Assembly (NCBI GenBank): GCA_947649935.1
Contig: CANSTR010000005.1
Span: forward strand, 2,591 to 66,590
DNA length: 64,000 nucleotides
Direction of reading: 5' to 3'
Origin: an uncultured Clostridia bacterium
GTDB lineage: Bacteria > Bacillota > Clostridia > TANB77 > CAG-508
The notes beneath the pieces were generated by a model, which saw nothing but the letters and a program-made list of their open reading frames with translations, had not been told where the DNA came from and did no database searches. Below are positions 20,801 to 30,445 of this stretch, piece after piece; position 1 is the stretch's first letter, and every line of letters starts with the position of its first letter. A program made the position numbers and the translations under genes.

Positions 20801-21352
20801 ATGGAGAAAAAATTTGAATTTGGATTGGTTTTGGGAAGGTTTCATCATTTGCATAAGGGACATCAGCAAATGATTGAAATGGCGCGAAGTTTGTGCCAGA
20901 AAACGTTGATTTTAATTGGTTCTGCGCAGGAAAGTGGAACCTTGCGAAATCCGTTTAAAGTGGAAACAAGAGAAGCAATTATTCGTCAAATTTATCAGGA
21001 GGATGATGTCATGATTGGCACCATGTCGGACATGACCAATGAAAATGATATCTGTTTTGAGTGGGGAAATTACATACTGCAGAACGTGGAAAAAATGACC
21101 GGCAGAACGCCGGATTTGATGGTGTATGGCAAGGATGAGTCGCGCAAAGGTTGGTTTTCGGAACAAGACAGTCAGAAGTTTTCCGAACTGATTGTGGCGC
21201 GTGGTAGAATTGATATTTCGGCTACGAAACTGAGAGAATTTTTGGTGAAAGATGAAAAAGAAAAATGGATGCAATATGTGCCAGAGGCGATTTGGGACAA
21301 GTATGAAGGCTTACGAGAAGAGTTGTTGCAAGTAAATGATTATAAAAGGTAA
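20801..21352 (+). CDS. Nicotinamide-nucleotide adenylyltransferase-like cytidylyltransferase family protein
   Basis: 183 aa. GRFHHLHKGH (HxGH) and ISATKLR motifs. Confidence 0.75.
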   Translation: MEKKFEFGLVLGRFHHLHKGHQQMIEMARSLCQKTLILIGSAQESGTLRNPFKVETREAIIRQIYQEDDVMIGTMSDMTNENDICFEWGNYILQNVEKMTGRTPDLMVYGKDESRKGWFSEQDSQKFSELIVARGRIDISATKLREFLVKDEKEKWMQYVPEAIWDKYEGLREELLQVNDYKR

Positions 21353-21372
21353 AAGATACGAAGGAGTAAGAT

Positions 21373-22641
21373 ATGAGACAAGATATCGCAATGAAATATA
21401 ATCGAAGAATTTATCCGGTGTACAAAGGAATTGGGTGGGACCCGCTGTTTTATTAGGCAACCATATTTTTGTTTTTAACCCAAGTGAAAGGCATAGAGGC
21501 AGCAAAAGTGTTGTATGCTGAGTCGGCGTATGCCTTTTTTGCATTGATTTTGCAAATTCCTGCTACGATTTTGATTGAAAAATTGGGTAGCCGAAAGGCA
21601 TTAATTTTAGGTAATCTTATGGTGACGATACAAATTACGATGATGTTGTTTACCAATCATTTTATTGTTTTATTAATGGCATATTTTATATTGGCTTTGG
21701 GAGTTTCGATGAAAGATGTTTCAGAATGTGCTGTTTTATATGATGCCACAAAAGTGTGCAAAGGAAAAAATTCCATGGGAAGAATTGATGCAAAAGGTTC
21801 GTCAGCAAGTTATGCATTAAGGGCGATTACGTCGATTATGGAAGGCTATTTGTTTGTGCTAAATCCGTATATTCCGATTGTGCTTTCTAGTTTGATTTCG
21901 TTTTTGGCGGTTATCATTGCTTATCGATTTGAAGAAATTGAAAAAGAGGAAAAGAAGAATACAACGATAACAGGCACGATAAAAGAGATGAAAGAAGGAT
22001 TTGCGTTTATTGTGCATTCAAAAAGATTAAGAGCTCTTATGATATTTACGTCACTTTTTGTAGGTGTATTAATGATGATTTCTACGTATGAAAATAGTTT
22101 GCTAAAAGATTTAAATGTACAACCACAATCTTTTGGAATTATTTTTGCGGTGTTAATTTTAGTGCAATGCATTGCTGTTCAGTATCAAGATAAAATACAT
22201 AAATTGTTTAAAAATAAAACATTGACTTTTTTAGCAATTCCTGTTTTTGTATCGTTTATGGTGATTGGTGTGGTTGTTAAAGTTTGTCCTTATCAAAGTC
22301 TTACGATTGTGCTTGTGCTAGTGATGTTTAGTGTACAGCATTTTTTAAGAGCACCCTATTGGACATTGGAAAATAAATATATGACGAATTTTACAGATGA
22401 TTACATTCGTGTCAAAATTTTATCCGTCAATAAAATTATGAAAGCAATTTTGAAAATTGTTATTACCTTTTTAGCAGGTTTGTTGTTGGAACATTATAGC
22501 ACAAGTCAAGCATATTTTATCATCGGAAGCGTGGGGCTTGTGATGATTTTAGCAATTTTAAAATACATGCAAAAAAGAGTAGGGCTAGAACCAGAAGAAT
22601 ATTCTAAGCAAGATATTGAGTATATAAATTTAAAAAATTAA
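21373..22641 (+). pseudogene. MFS transporter with in-frame TAG at codon 28
   Basis: ATG 21373 with AAGGAG RBS. The reading frame is identical to track ORF 21469-22641. TAG at 21454-21456 interrupts MRQDIAMKYNRRIYPVYKGIGWDPLFY*ATIFLFLTQVKG. About 11 TM segments downstream. Confidence 0.6.
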
Positions 22642-22727
22642 TCGAAAAAACGCATATAGACTATTGATTAATTTTCAAAAAATAGTTAAAATATACCATG
22701 AATTTTTTTGGGAGAGGATTGGTATAT

Positions 22728-23534
22728 ATGAAACATCTAGAGAATGCAAAAGGAGTTACTTTGATAGCGTTGGTTACAACCATTATTGTCTTATTGATCT
22801 TGATTGGAGTATCTTGTGGTGTAGTATCCGATATGATTCTTGAGAAAGCAGTGCTTGCATCAACCGAAACAGCGGCGGCGACCAAACATGAGTTAGAGGA
22901 GTTAACTTGGTTTGAAAACGTGGATCCGTTTCATCCTAATAAAGTTTTGTTGAGAGGTAATGTAAAAATTGGAGATTGTGTTGCTTATCCAGTTGAATAT
23001 TATGATGTTTATACAAAAGAATTTTATGGAGCAAACAATGGTTGGATTGTAATAGACGATGGCTCTGACTCTGGCAATGTCAAATTAATTAGCAGAGGCA
23101 TTCCTGCGAAATGGTTTTATACAGTTGAAAATGCGGATGAATTGAATGATTTTACAAAAATGGAGGAATTAAAAAATTACGAAAATATGGCTATCAAAGG
23201 CGAAAGTTTTATGGTTCGTGAGATAGCAAATAAGGTAACGACGCTGTCTTTGCCAGAGTTGAATCATTTATGTAACAAAATGTATGGAACGAATCGCGCT
23301 GAAAATGATACAAGCATTTTAGATAAAGATTGTGAATTGTTTGCACTGGATGATGAGGATTCTTATTATTGGTTAGCTACGAAAAATGAAAAAGATAGCA
23401 CAAAATTGTATTGTGTGACATATGATTCAATGGAAAGTTTGAAAAATATTCGATTAGGCGTAAGGCCAGTGATTGTGTTAAATAAAAATTTGACTGGAGT
23501 TTTGGAGAATGGCGTTTGGAAAATCATAAAATAA
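22728..23534 (+). CDS. Hypothetical secreted/anchored protein with pilin-like N-terminus
   Basis: MKHLENAKGVTLIALVTTIIVLLILIG resembles a prepilin leader plus hydrophobic helix, but has Ala instead of Glu at +5. The remainder is unrecognised. Confidence 0.45.
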   Translation: MKHLENAKGVTLIALVTTIIVLLILIGVSCGVVSDMILEKAVLASTETAAATKHELEELTWFENVDPFHPNKVLLRGNVKIGDCVAYPVEYYDVYTKEFYGANNGWIVIDDGSDSGNVKLISRGIPAKWFYTVENADELNDFTKMEELKNYENMAIKGESFMVREIANKVTTLSLPELNHLCNKMYGTNRAENDTSILDKDCELFALDDEDSYYWLATKNEKDSTKLYCVTYDSMESLKNIRLGVRPVIVLNKNLTGVLENGVWKIIK

Positions 23535-23608
23535 TTTTTTAAAAGTCCAAAAAGGGCTTTCTTTTTTATGTTTTTTGTGATATAAACATAGAAAAGGAGG
23601 AGTAGGCA

Positions 23609-24052
23609 GTGAATGTAATTGTATCGGTTTGTATTCAGGAGGAAGATAAATTTTTGATGGTGCAAGAAGGATGTCCGAAGGCATATGGTTTATGGAATTT
23701 GCCAGGTGGGCATTTGGATGAAAAGGAAGATTTGCTAGAAGGAGCGATGCGAGAGGCAAAAGAGGAAACTGGTTTGGACATAGAAATCACAGGGGTTTTG
23801 TCGATTCAGAGAAATATCAAAAGTTATACGAATATTGTGAGAATTGTTTTTAATGCAAAGAAAATTGGTGGTGAAATTGCATTTGATGAAGATGAGATTT
23901 TGGCAGTTAAATGGGTCACCCCAGAGGAGATAGAACAAATGGATAAAAGTATATTGCGAGAAGCGGATTTATTTTTGGATTGTGTGGAGGATTTCAAAAA
24001 ACAGAGAAATTATCCAATTGATATAATCAAAAGTTTTGGCGAGGAGGTTTGA
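23609..24052 (+). CDS. NUDIX hydrolase
   Basis: GTG start after GGAGGAG. Nudix box GGHLDEKEDLLEGAMREAKEETGL. Confidence 0.85.
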   Translation: MNVIVSVCIQEEDKFLMVQEGCPKAYGLWNLPGGHLDEKEDLLEGAMREAKEETGLDIEITGVLSIQRNIKSYTNIVRIVFNAKKIGGEIAFDEDEILAVKWVTPEEIEQMDKSILREADLFLDCVEDFKKQRNYPIDIIKSFGEEV

Positions 24053-24059
24053 ATTTGAA

Positions 24060-24863
24060 ATGGAGAAAATATTAGTTTTGGGAACTGGTGCAGGTTTGAC
24101 AACAAAGTGTTATAATACTTGTTTTATTTTAGAGAATGATGAAAAATATTTGCTGGTTGATACTGGCGCAGGGGCGCAGATTTTAAATCAAATCCAAAAG
24201 GCGAATGTTCCGTTAAATCAAATTCATGATATTTTTATTTCGCATAAACATATTGACCATTTGCTTGGCATATTTCCGTTGGTGCGTATCATTTGTCGAG
24301 ATACGTTGGCAAATGCATATGAAGGAAAAGTGAATGTGTATTGTGCAAAAGAGGTCAAAGAAATCATTGAGAAATTTGTTTTGGATACATTTCATGAAAA
24401 GTTTTTTCAGATATATCAAGAGAGTATTGTTTTTCATGAAATCGAAGATGGTCAGAAATATGATGTGATTGGTTATGAAATAGAAATTTTGGATATGCAG
24501 GCAAAAGACGTGATTCAATATGGCTTTCAGACAAAATTGAACAATGGAAAAACGTTTTCGTTTTTGGGAGATGTATTTTGTAGCGAGAAAAATGCGGACA
24601 GAATTAAGAATACGGATTGGGTTTGTCATGAAGTTTTTTGCATGGAAGCAGAAAATGAATTGTTTCATCCACATAAAATCAATCATTCCACGGTCAAAGA
24701 TGTGACAGAAAAAATGCAAACATTAGGCGTGAAAAATTTGGTTCTTTGGCATACAAAAGATAATTGCATTGAGAAACGAAAAGAGTTGTATACGCAGGAA
24801 GCTAAGGAATATTTCGGCGGAAATGTGTATGTGCCGGATGATTTTGATGTGATAGAATTGTAG
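24060..24863 (+). CDS. MBL-fold metallo-hydrolase
   Basis: HKHIDHLLG (HxHxDH) motif. GAGGAGG RBS. The track ORF starts at TTG 24036. Confidence 0.8.
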   Translation: MEKILVLGTGAGLTTKCYNTCFILENDEKYLLVDTGAGAQILNQIQKANVPLNQIHDIFISHKHIDHLLGIFPLVRIICRDTLANAYEGKVNVYCAKEVKEIIEKFVLDTFHEKFFQIYQESIVFHEIEDGQKYDVIGYEIEILDMQAKDVIQYGFQTKLNNGKTFSFLGDVFCSEKNADRIKNTDWVCHEVFCMEAENELFHPHKINHSTVKDVTEKMQTLGVKNLVLWHTKDNCIEKRKELYTQEAKEYFGGNVYVPDDFDVIEL

Positions 24864-24879
24864 ATTTAGGAGAAGGAAG

Positions 24880-25181
24880 ATGTCAGAAATATGGGATTTG
24901 TTGGATGAAGAAGGAAGGCAAACGGGAAGAACGATGCAAAAAGGTGAGCCCATTCCGGAGGGATTTTTTCATAGAGGCGCAGATGTTTGGATTGTGAATT
25001 CCAAACATCAAATTTTGATTCAAAAGCGTTCGCCGAAGAAAAGGCTTTCTCCGAATGTGTGGGCGATGACAGGCGGTTCTGTGATGAAAGGCAATTTTTG
25101 AAAAATCGCTGGGAGTTTGTGAGAGAGTTGGTTCGAGATTTTGCAAATAAAAAAGAATCAAAAATCCCGAATGAAAAATAA
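24880..25181 (+). pseudogene. NUDIX hydrolase remnant
   Basis: 73-aa ORF ends (25101) just before where the Nudix box should be. The following frames hold only a degenerate box (RWEFVRELVRDF). Confidence 0.5.
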
Positions 25182-25250
25182 GAAAATTTTTCATTTAGGT
25201 ATTGACTTTTTCAAAATAGTTTGATATTATAATAATGTTCTATTGGTCAC

Positions 25251-25326
25251 GCGGGAATAGCTCAGTTGATAGAGCGCCACCTTGCCAAGGTGGAGGTCGC
25301 GGGTTTGAGCCCCGTTTCCCGCTCCA
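25251..25326 (+). tRNA. tRNA-Gly (anticodon GCC)
   Basis: Cloverleaf read by eye. Acceptor GCGGGAA/TTCCCGC. Anticodon stem CCACC/GGTGG with 7-nt loop TTGCCAA. T arm GCGGG-TTTGAGC-CCCGT (loop as written in the sequence). Encoded CCA. Confidence 0.9.
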
Positions 25327-25427
25327 ATTTTAATTATATAATCGATAAAAAGCAGGGGGTCTAAAACAGATTTACCTGCTTGTATAATTTTTATGAGATA
25401 ATAATAAATGTTTTACAATAGGAGCAA

Positions 25428-26660
25428 ATGATGAAAAAATTAAAACACGAAAATCAAATTTTAGGTATGTTGGCATTCTTAAGTTTGTCAATTGGATTAT
25501 GGGAAAATTTTAGGCAATTATGGCTAGAAGATAACGGCTTTTCTGCTTTGCAAATTAGCCAAATAACAAGCATTGGAACGTTTGCAAGCGTTCTGGGAAT
25601 TATGTTTGTATCACAAAAAATTACGTTAGATAAGCTCAAAGGTTTTATGTCTTTTGTGATTGTGATAAAATTTTTCAATTTAGTCAATTTATTTTATTTG
25701 AATGGAACGATGCAAAATGCTTTGATTAACAGCGCGATTGTCATAGACATTATGACTTCGTATTTGATAATCACAAGCGTATATCCGCTTATCACAATTT
25801 TCGTCAAAAACAATACTGTCTATAGCAAACGAAAATTGACGGAATATTTATTTCGTGATGTCGGAATTTTGGTGGGTGGATTCTTGATTGGCAAAAGCGT
25901 GGTTGGCGTTTTCGTTACTTATAATGTGTGCTTGTATATTTCGATTATCTTTTTGGTGGGCGCGATGTTGATGATGTTTGGCATGAAATCCTGTGCAACG
26001 ATAAGTGAAAATCCAAAGCCAGCTATTTCTATGATTCAATATGTGGCAAAAAATAACTTGTTAAAAACCTATTGCATCTATAGCTTTATTGGCGCCATGG
26101 CGATGGCGACAGGTTTGGGATTAAAAATGCTTACTTTGACAAATTATTTTCACTTTTCAGAAAGCATTGCTACCAATTATTTGGTGGTGATCGGTTTGGT
26201 GTGTGATTTGATTGGCGTATTGGCGTTGAAATATTTGACGCCGAAAAATGATTATGTTACGATTACCATCAAATTTGGTATTCGATTTTTGTTGTATACG
26301 GTGGTGTTTATGACAGATAATTTGTTTGTTACAGGAATTGCGATAACGTGGTCCCTTTTGATTGGAGCGGCTTATGAGAATGTTTGCGATGGCTATTACA
26401 TTAATAGCGTGGAAAATGAATATCAATTGACGTTTACAAATTTTCGCTATATAATTAAGTATGTAGGCGAGGCAATTGGCTTGGTTTTCTGCGGTTTGAT
26501 GTATGGAAAGGGCTTAAAATATATGTTTGGCTTGTCCGCGTTTTTCATGATTTTTCAAATTTCGCTTGCGTACAAGCTGATTTATATGAGGCAACATCCT
26601 AAGACAAATGTGTTAGAGAAAATTCAGAAGTGTCATAAGAAAAAAGAGGAAACAGTGTAG
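25428..26660 (+). CDS. MFS-type polytopic membrane transporter
   Basis: 410 aa, ~12 hydrophobic segments. No substrate assignable. Confidence 0.5.
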   Translation: MMKKLKHENQILGMLAFLSLSIGLWENFRQLWLEDNGFSALQISQITSIGTFASVLGIMFVSQKITLDKLKGFMSFVIVIKFFNLVNLFYLNGTMQNALINSAIVIDIMTSYLIITSVYPLITIFVKNNTVYSKRKLTEYLFRDVGILVGGFLIGKSVVGVFVTYNVCLYISIIFLVGAMLMMFGMKSCATISENPKPAISMIQYVAKNNLLKTYCIYSFIGAMAMATGLGLKMLTLTNYFHFSESIATNYLVVIGLVCDLIGVLALKYLTPKNDYVTITIKFGIRFLLYTVVFMTDNLFVTGIAITWSLLIGAAYENVCDGYYINSVENEYQLTFTNFRYIIKYVGEAIGLVFCGLMYGKGLKYMFGLSAFFMIFQISLAYKLIYMRQHPKTNVLEKIQKCHKKKEETV

Positions 26661-26688
26661 AAATATTTTATCAAAATCAAAAAAGGTC

Positions 26689-26717
26689 TTGACAAAAGAA
26701 AAAAGAATAATTATAAT
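26689..26717 (+). promoter_or_regulatory. Consensus sigma-A promoter of a short terminated transcript
   Basis: TTGACA (26689-94), exactly 17 nt, TATAAT (26712-17). Confidence 0.55.
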
Positions 26718-26770
26718 ATAACTATCCTATAAGGATAAAAAACTTAAACATAGAGAATCCAATAAAAAAT

Positions 26771-26800
26771 GCAGGTAGTTGGCGCTACCTGCGTTTTTTT
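26771..26800. terminator. Bidirectional rho-independent terminator
   Basis: A-run, gcaggtag-ttggcg-ctacctgc, then gttttttt. Serves the + strand and the small minus-strand ORF. Confidence 0.75.
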
Positions 26801-26939
26801 ACTTTTTTTGCCAGAATTTAATCAATTCAAGAATGTATGTATACAAATTGCCAGACTTTTTCTCAAATGTAAATGTGAATTTTTTGTGCTTTTCTGTCTT
26901 CAAAGTTTTTTCTTCTGTGTTTATTTTTAACTTGAACAT
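26799..26939 (-). CDS. Small lysine-rich hypothetical protein (46 aa)
   Basis: MFKLKINTEEK... preceded by AAGGAGGAAG RBS. The stop is directly followed by the terminator. The track ORF extends to 26987. Confidence 0.45.
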   Translation of the reverse strand: MFKLKINTEEKTLKTEKHKKFTFTFEKKSGNLYTYILELIKFWQKK

Positions 26940-27202
26940 AGAGCTTCCTCCTTTCTCATTCGTATTTTTCAATACCAGCCCAACCACCCGAAAGGAGTGA
27001 TAAAATTTTACTTGTTTTGGAAACTCTGCTTTTGAATAAAAGCAGCTAAAGTAAAGTTAATTTGGAAATAGTATAACATGTTTTTGAGGAGATTACAATA
27101 GTAAAGCGAGAATAATAGTAAAAATTTTTGTTTGCAGGATGGTATGCATTTTTTTACTTTTGTGAAAATTGTGTGTAAATTGTATTTTATGTGTAAAAAA
27201 CT

Positions 27203-27230
27203 TTGACAAATCAATTTGGTATGATATAAT
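27203..27230 (+). promoter_or_regulatory. Promoter of the rfb/polysaccharide operon
   Basis: TTGACA (27203-08), 16 nt, extended -10 TGATATAAT (27222-30). Confidence 0.6.
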
Positions 27231-27263
27231 AGCAATATCAAAATTAGTTTATAGGGAGGAAGC

Positions 27264-28124
27264 ATGAAAAAAGTATTGTTAATTGGAGCAGATGGAATGC
27301 TCGGCGGAGAATTAAAGGATAGACTTGAACAGAAATATGAAGTTGTTGGAACCACTTTGCAAACATTGGATATTTGCGATAAAGCTGCCGTACTTGCCAA
27401 GGCAAAAGAAGTAGCACCAGATTTTATCATCAACTGCGCAGCTTATACAAATGTGGACGCATGCGAAGTCAATTTCGATTTGGCAAATCGTGTCAACGGC
27501 GAAGCAGTTGCGAATATTGCAGAAGCAGCCAAGCAAAATAATAGCACGTTGATTCATATTAGTACAGATTATGTATTTGATGGAAAATTAGAAGTAGAGA
27601 GAGCCTACACAGAAGACATGAGCGCAAATCCTGTAAGTGCCTATGGAAAAACCAAATATTTAGGCGAACAAAATGCAGCAAAAGCAGAAAAATATTATGT
27701 TTTAAGAACAGCTTGGTTGTATGGCTTGGGCGGAAAAAATTTTGTAAAAACGATGCTCAGAATTTCAAATAACGAAAAAGTGTCGGTTGTGGATGACCAA
27801 CATGGAAGCCCAACTTGCACGACGACGTTATGTGAAATCATTGAGCAAATCATGGAAAAAGAGCCAGCCTACGGCATTTATCATTCGACCAATGAAGGAT
27901 TTACGACATGGTGTGGATTTACGAGAAAAATTTATGAATTAGCTGGAATTGCAACACCAGTAATTAGCTTAACTTCGCAGGAATATAAAGAGCAACATCC
28001 AGAGTCAAGCGACAGACCAACAAACAGCAAATTATCCAAAGAAAAATTGCACAGTGTTGGCATTTATCCTGCCAAATGGGAAGATGCGTTAGCGAATTAT
28101 TTAAAAGAAGAATTGAAAAATTAA
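27264..28124 (+). CDS. rfbD: dTDP-4-dehydrorhamnose reductase
   Basis: 286 aa. GADGMLG Rossmann motif, STDYVFDG, YGKTK (YxxxK). Confidence 0.92.
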   Translation: MKKVLLIGADGMLGGELKDRLEQKYEVVGTTLQTLDICDKAAVLAKAKEVAPDFIINCAAYTNVDACEVNFDLANRVNGEAVANIAEAAKQNNSTLIHISTDYVFDGKLEVERAYTEDMSANPVSAYGKTKYLGEQNAAKAEKYYVLRTAWLYGLGGKNFVKTMLRISNNEKVSVVDDQHGSPTCTTTLCEIIEQIMEKEPAYGIYHSTNEGFTTWCGFTRKIYELAGIATPVISLTSQEYKEQHPESSDRPTNSKLSKEKLHSVGIYPAKWEDALANYLKEELKN

Positions 28125-28139
28125 AAGGAGGAAAGAATT

Positions 28140-29021
28140 ATGAAAGGAATTATTCTAGCGGGAGGAAGTGGAACTCGTTTGTATCCATTGACACTTGCCA
28201 TTTCCAAGCAAATTATGCCAGTGTATGACAAGCCAATGATTTATTACCCATTGTCTGTTTTGATGCAAGCCAATATCAGGGAAGTCTTGATTATTTCTAC
28301 GCCACGCGATGTGGTTGTTTTCCAAGAATTGTTGGGAGATGGTTCACAGTGGGGCATGAAATTTGAATACAAAGTCCAAGAAAAACCAAATGGTTTGGCA
28401 GAAGCGTTTATCATTGGAGAAGATTTTATTGGCAATGATAATGTCGCTATGATTTTGGGAGATAATATGTTTTATGGTGAGCATTTGGCACGAAAATTGC
28501 AAGCAGCAGCCAATCGAAAAGATGAAGCGACCATTTTTGGTTATTATGTCAAAGACCCAAAAGCTTACGGAGTTGTGGAGATTGACGAAAACGGAAATGC
28601 GATTTCGATTGAAGAAAAACCAGAAGTGCCAAAATCAAATTATGCGGTTCCAGGTTTGTATTTTTACACAAACGATGTCGTAGAAATCGCAAAAAATGTG
28701 AAACCATCCGCAAGAGGCGAATTGGAGATTACATCAGTGAATGAAGAATACATGAAACGTGGAAAATTGAAAGTTGAAAAATTGGGCAGAGGCATGACTT
28801 GGTTTGATACTGGCACACATGATGCTTTGTTGGAAACAGCAAGTTTTGTGCAAACCATTCAAAAAAGACAAGGACTTCAAATTAGTTGTCCAGAAGAAAT
28901 TGCGTATACCAAAGGCTGGATTGATAAAGAGCAATTGCTAAGTTTAGCTAGCAAATTTATGAAAACCGAATATGGAAAATATTTGAAAGAATTGGCGGAA
29001 GATCGATTTGGAGAAGAATAA
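28140..29021 (+). CDS. rfbA: Glucose-1-phosphate thymidylyltransferase
   Basis: 293 aa. [18 protein letters not shown], conserved RmlA core and C-terminus. Confidence 0.95.
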   Translation: MKGIILAGGSGTRLYPLTLAISKQIMPVYDKPMIYYPLSVLMQANIREVLIISTPRDVVVFQELLGDGSQWGMKFEYKVQEKPNGLAEAFIIGEDFIGNDNVAMILGDNMFYGEHLARKLQAAANRKDEATIFGYYVKDPKAYGVVEIDENGNAISIEEKPEVPKSNYAVPGLYFYTNDVVEIAKNVKPSARGELEITSVNEEYMKRGKLKVEKLGRGMTWFDTGTHDALLETASFVQTIQKRQGLQISCPEEIAYTKGWIDKEQLLSLASKFMKTEYGKYLKELAEDRFGEE

Positions 29022-29036
29022 AAAGGAGAGAAGAAA

Positions 29037-29618
29037 ATGGGAAAATTTAAAAGAATTGACACTTCGATTGAAGGAGTCTATGTGATTGAGCCAACGGTGT
29101 TTGGGGACAATCGTGGTTATTTTATGGAAACGTATAGCAAGCCGGATTTTGCGGAGATTGGAATCACCAATGAATTTGTGCAAGATAATCAATCCAAATC
29201 CAAGAAGGGCGTTTTGCGTGGGCTTCATTTTCAAAAAGAAAATACGCAGGCAAAGCTTGTGCGAGTCATTCGTGGCGAAGTGTTTGATGTGGCAGTGGAT
29301 CTGCGTCCAGGTAGCAAAACGTATGGCAAATGGGAAGGTGTGATTTTGTCAGAAGAAAACAAAAAAATGTTTCTCATTCCAAGAGGATTTGCGCATGGCT
29401 TTTTGGTGCGATCAGACGAGGCAGAATTTACTTACAAATGTGATGATGTGTATAATCACGAAGCAGAAGGCGGTTTACAATGGAACGACCCAGAAATAAA
29501 TATCCAGTGGCCAAGCGTTCCAGGAATGAGCCCAGAGGAATATTTGACGTCTGAAAAAGATGCAAAATGGCCATCATTACAGGAATTAAAAGAAACAGAT
29601 TTATTTAAAAACCTGTAG
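29037..29618 (+). CDS. rfbC: dTDP-4-dehydrorhamnose 3,5-epimerase
   Basis: 193 aa. FGDNRGYFMETY, RGLHFQ, GFAHGF motifs. Stop TAG lies inside a repeat copy. Confidence 0.93.
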   Translation: MGKFKRIDTSIEGVYVIEPTVFGDNRGYFMETYSKPDFAEIGITNEFVQDNQSKSKKGVLRGLHFQKENTQAKLVRVIRGEVFDVAVDLRPGSKTYGKWEGVILSEENKKMFLIPRGFAHGFLVRSDEAEFTYKCDDVYNHEAEGGLQWNDPEINIQWPSVPGMSPEEYLTSEKDAKWPSLQELKETDLFKNL

Positions 29619-29640
29619 GGACTACGTAAGCACCGTGCCC
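29615..29640 (+). repeat. GC-rich repeat copy (degenerate)
   Basis: GTAGGGACTACGTAAGCACCGTGCCC. Contains the rfbC stop codon (29616-18). Confidence 0.55.
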
Positions 29641-29659
29641 GGAATATAGGAGAAATCAT

Positions 29660-30445
29660 ATGATTGATTTAGAAAAAGCCAAGCGATATTTGAAACAATA
29701 CATTTCAAATTATGACAGCAATGAGCCAAGAATTAAATTGAAAATTGTCCATACGTATCATGTGGCAGAAAATGCTAGAAAAATAGCCATAAAATTAAAC
29801 CTTTCAAAAGAAGAACAGAATTTGGCTGAGTTAATTGGCTTGCTTCATGATATTGGCAGATTTGAGCAAGTTCGAATTTATGGTTCTTTTGCAGATGAAA
29901 CAACGGTTGACCATGCAGATAAAGGTGTAGAAGTTTTATTTGAAGATGGCGAAATTAGAAATTTTATCGAGAATGATTTTTATGATAAAATGATTGCAAA
30001 AGCTATAAAAAATCATAATAAATTTGAAATGGAAAAAGGTTTGACAGAACAAGAAATATTGCATTGTAAAATAATTCGCGATAGCGATAAGTTGGATATT
30101 TATAGAGCATTTTTGGCAGAAAGATTAGAGGATGTTGTTCATATGGAAACAACAGATGTATCAAAGGAAATCTTAAGCCCAGAAATTTTTGAAGAGTTTA
30201 AAAAAGAAAAATTATTAATATTTTCAGAATGTAAAACAAATATGGATTTTTTAGTTGCAATTATTGCTTTTATTTATGAATTAAATTTCAAAGAAACTTT
30301 AGAAATTATTAGGCAAAATGATTATATTAAAAAACTTGTCAAAAAGATTGATGCTAAAGATGCCTATACTAAGGAAAAGCTGGATGAAATTGCGGATTAT
30401 GCGATAAGTTATATGGAGCGAAAAATAGAGGAGGAAGAAAAATGA
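29660..30445 (+). CDS. HD-domain phosphohydrolase-like protein
   Basis: 261 aa. H...LLHDIGR HD signature, second DSDKLD motif. Confidence 0.7.
   Translation: MIDLEKAKRYLKQYISNYDSNEPRIKLKIVHTYHVAENARKIAIKLNLSKEEQNLAELIGLLHDIGRFEQVRIYGSFADETTVDHADKGVEVLFEDGEIRNFIENDFYDKMIAKAIKNHNKFEMEKGLTEQEILHCKIIRDSDKLDIYRAFLAERLEDVVHMETTDVSKEILSPEIFEEFKKEKLLIFSECKTNMDFLVAIIAFIYELNFKETLEIIRQNDYIKKLVKKIDAKDAYTKEKLDEIADYAISYMERKIEEEEK

Noticed and set aside
21454-21456. In-frame TAG as pyrrolysine or a reassigned sense codon.
   Set aside because: TAG terminates many recognisable genes here at the expected position (adhE 14516-18, the 25428 transporter, GT2 53144 and others). No pyl genes or PYLIS-like context were seen.
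27008-27433. 141-aa minus-strand ORF across the rfbD promoter region.
   Set aside because: It runs through an AT-rich intergenic region and the rfbD 5' end. It has no RBS and no recognisable similarity, and it conflicts with a strong promoter and rfbD start.
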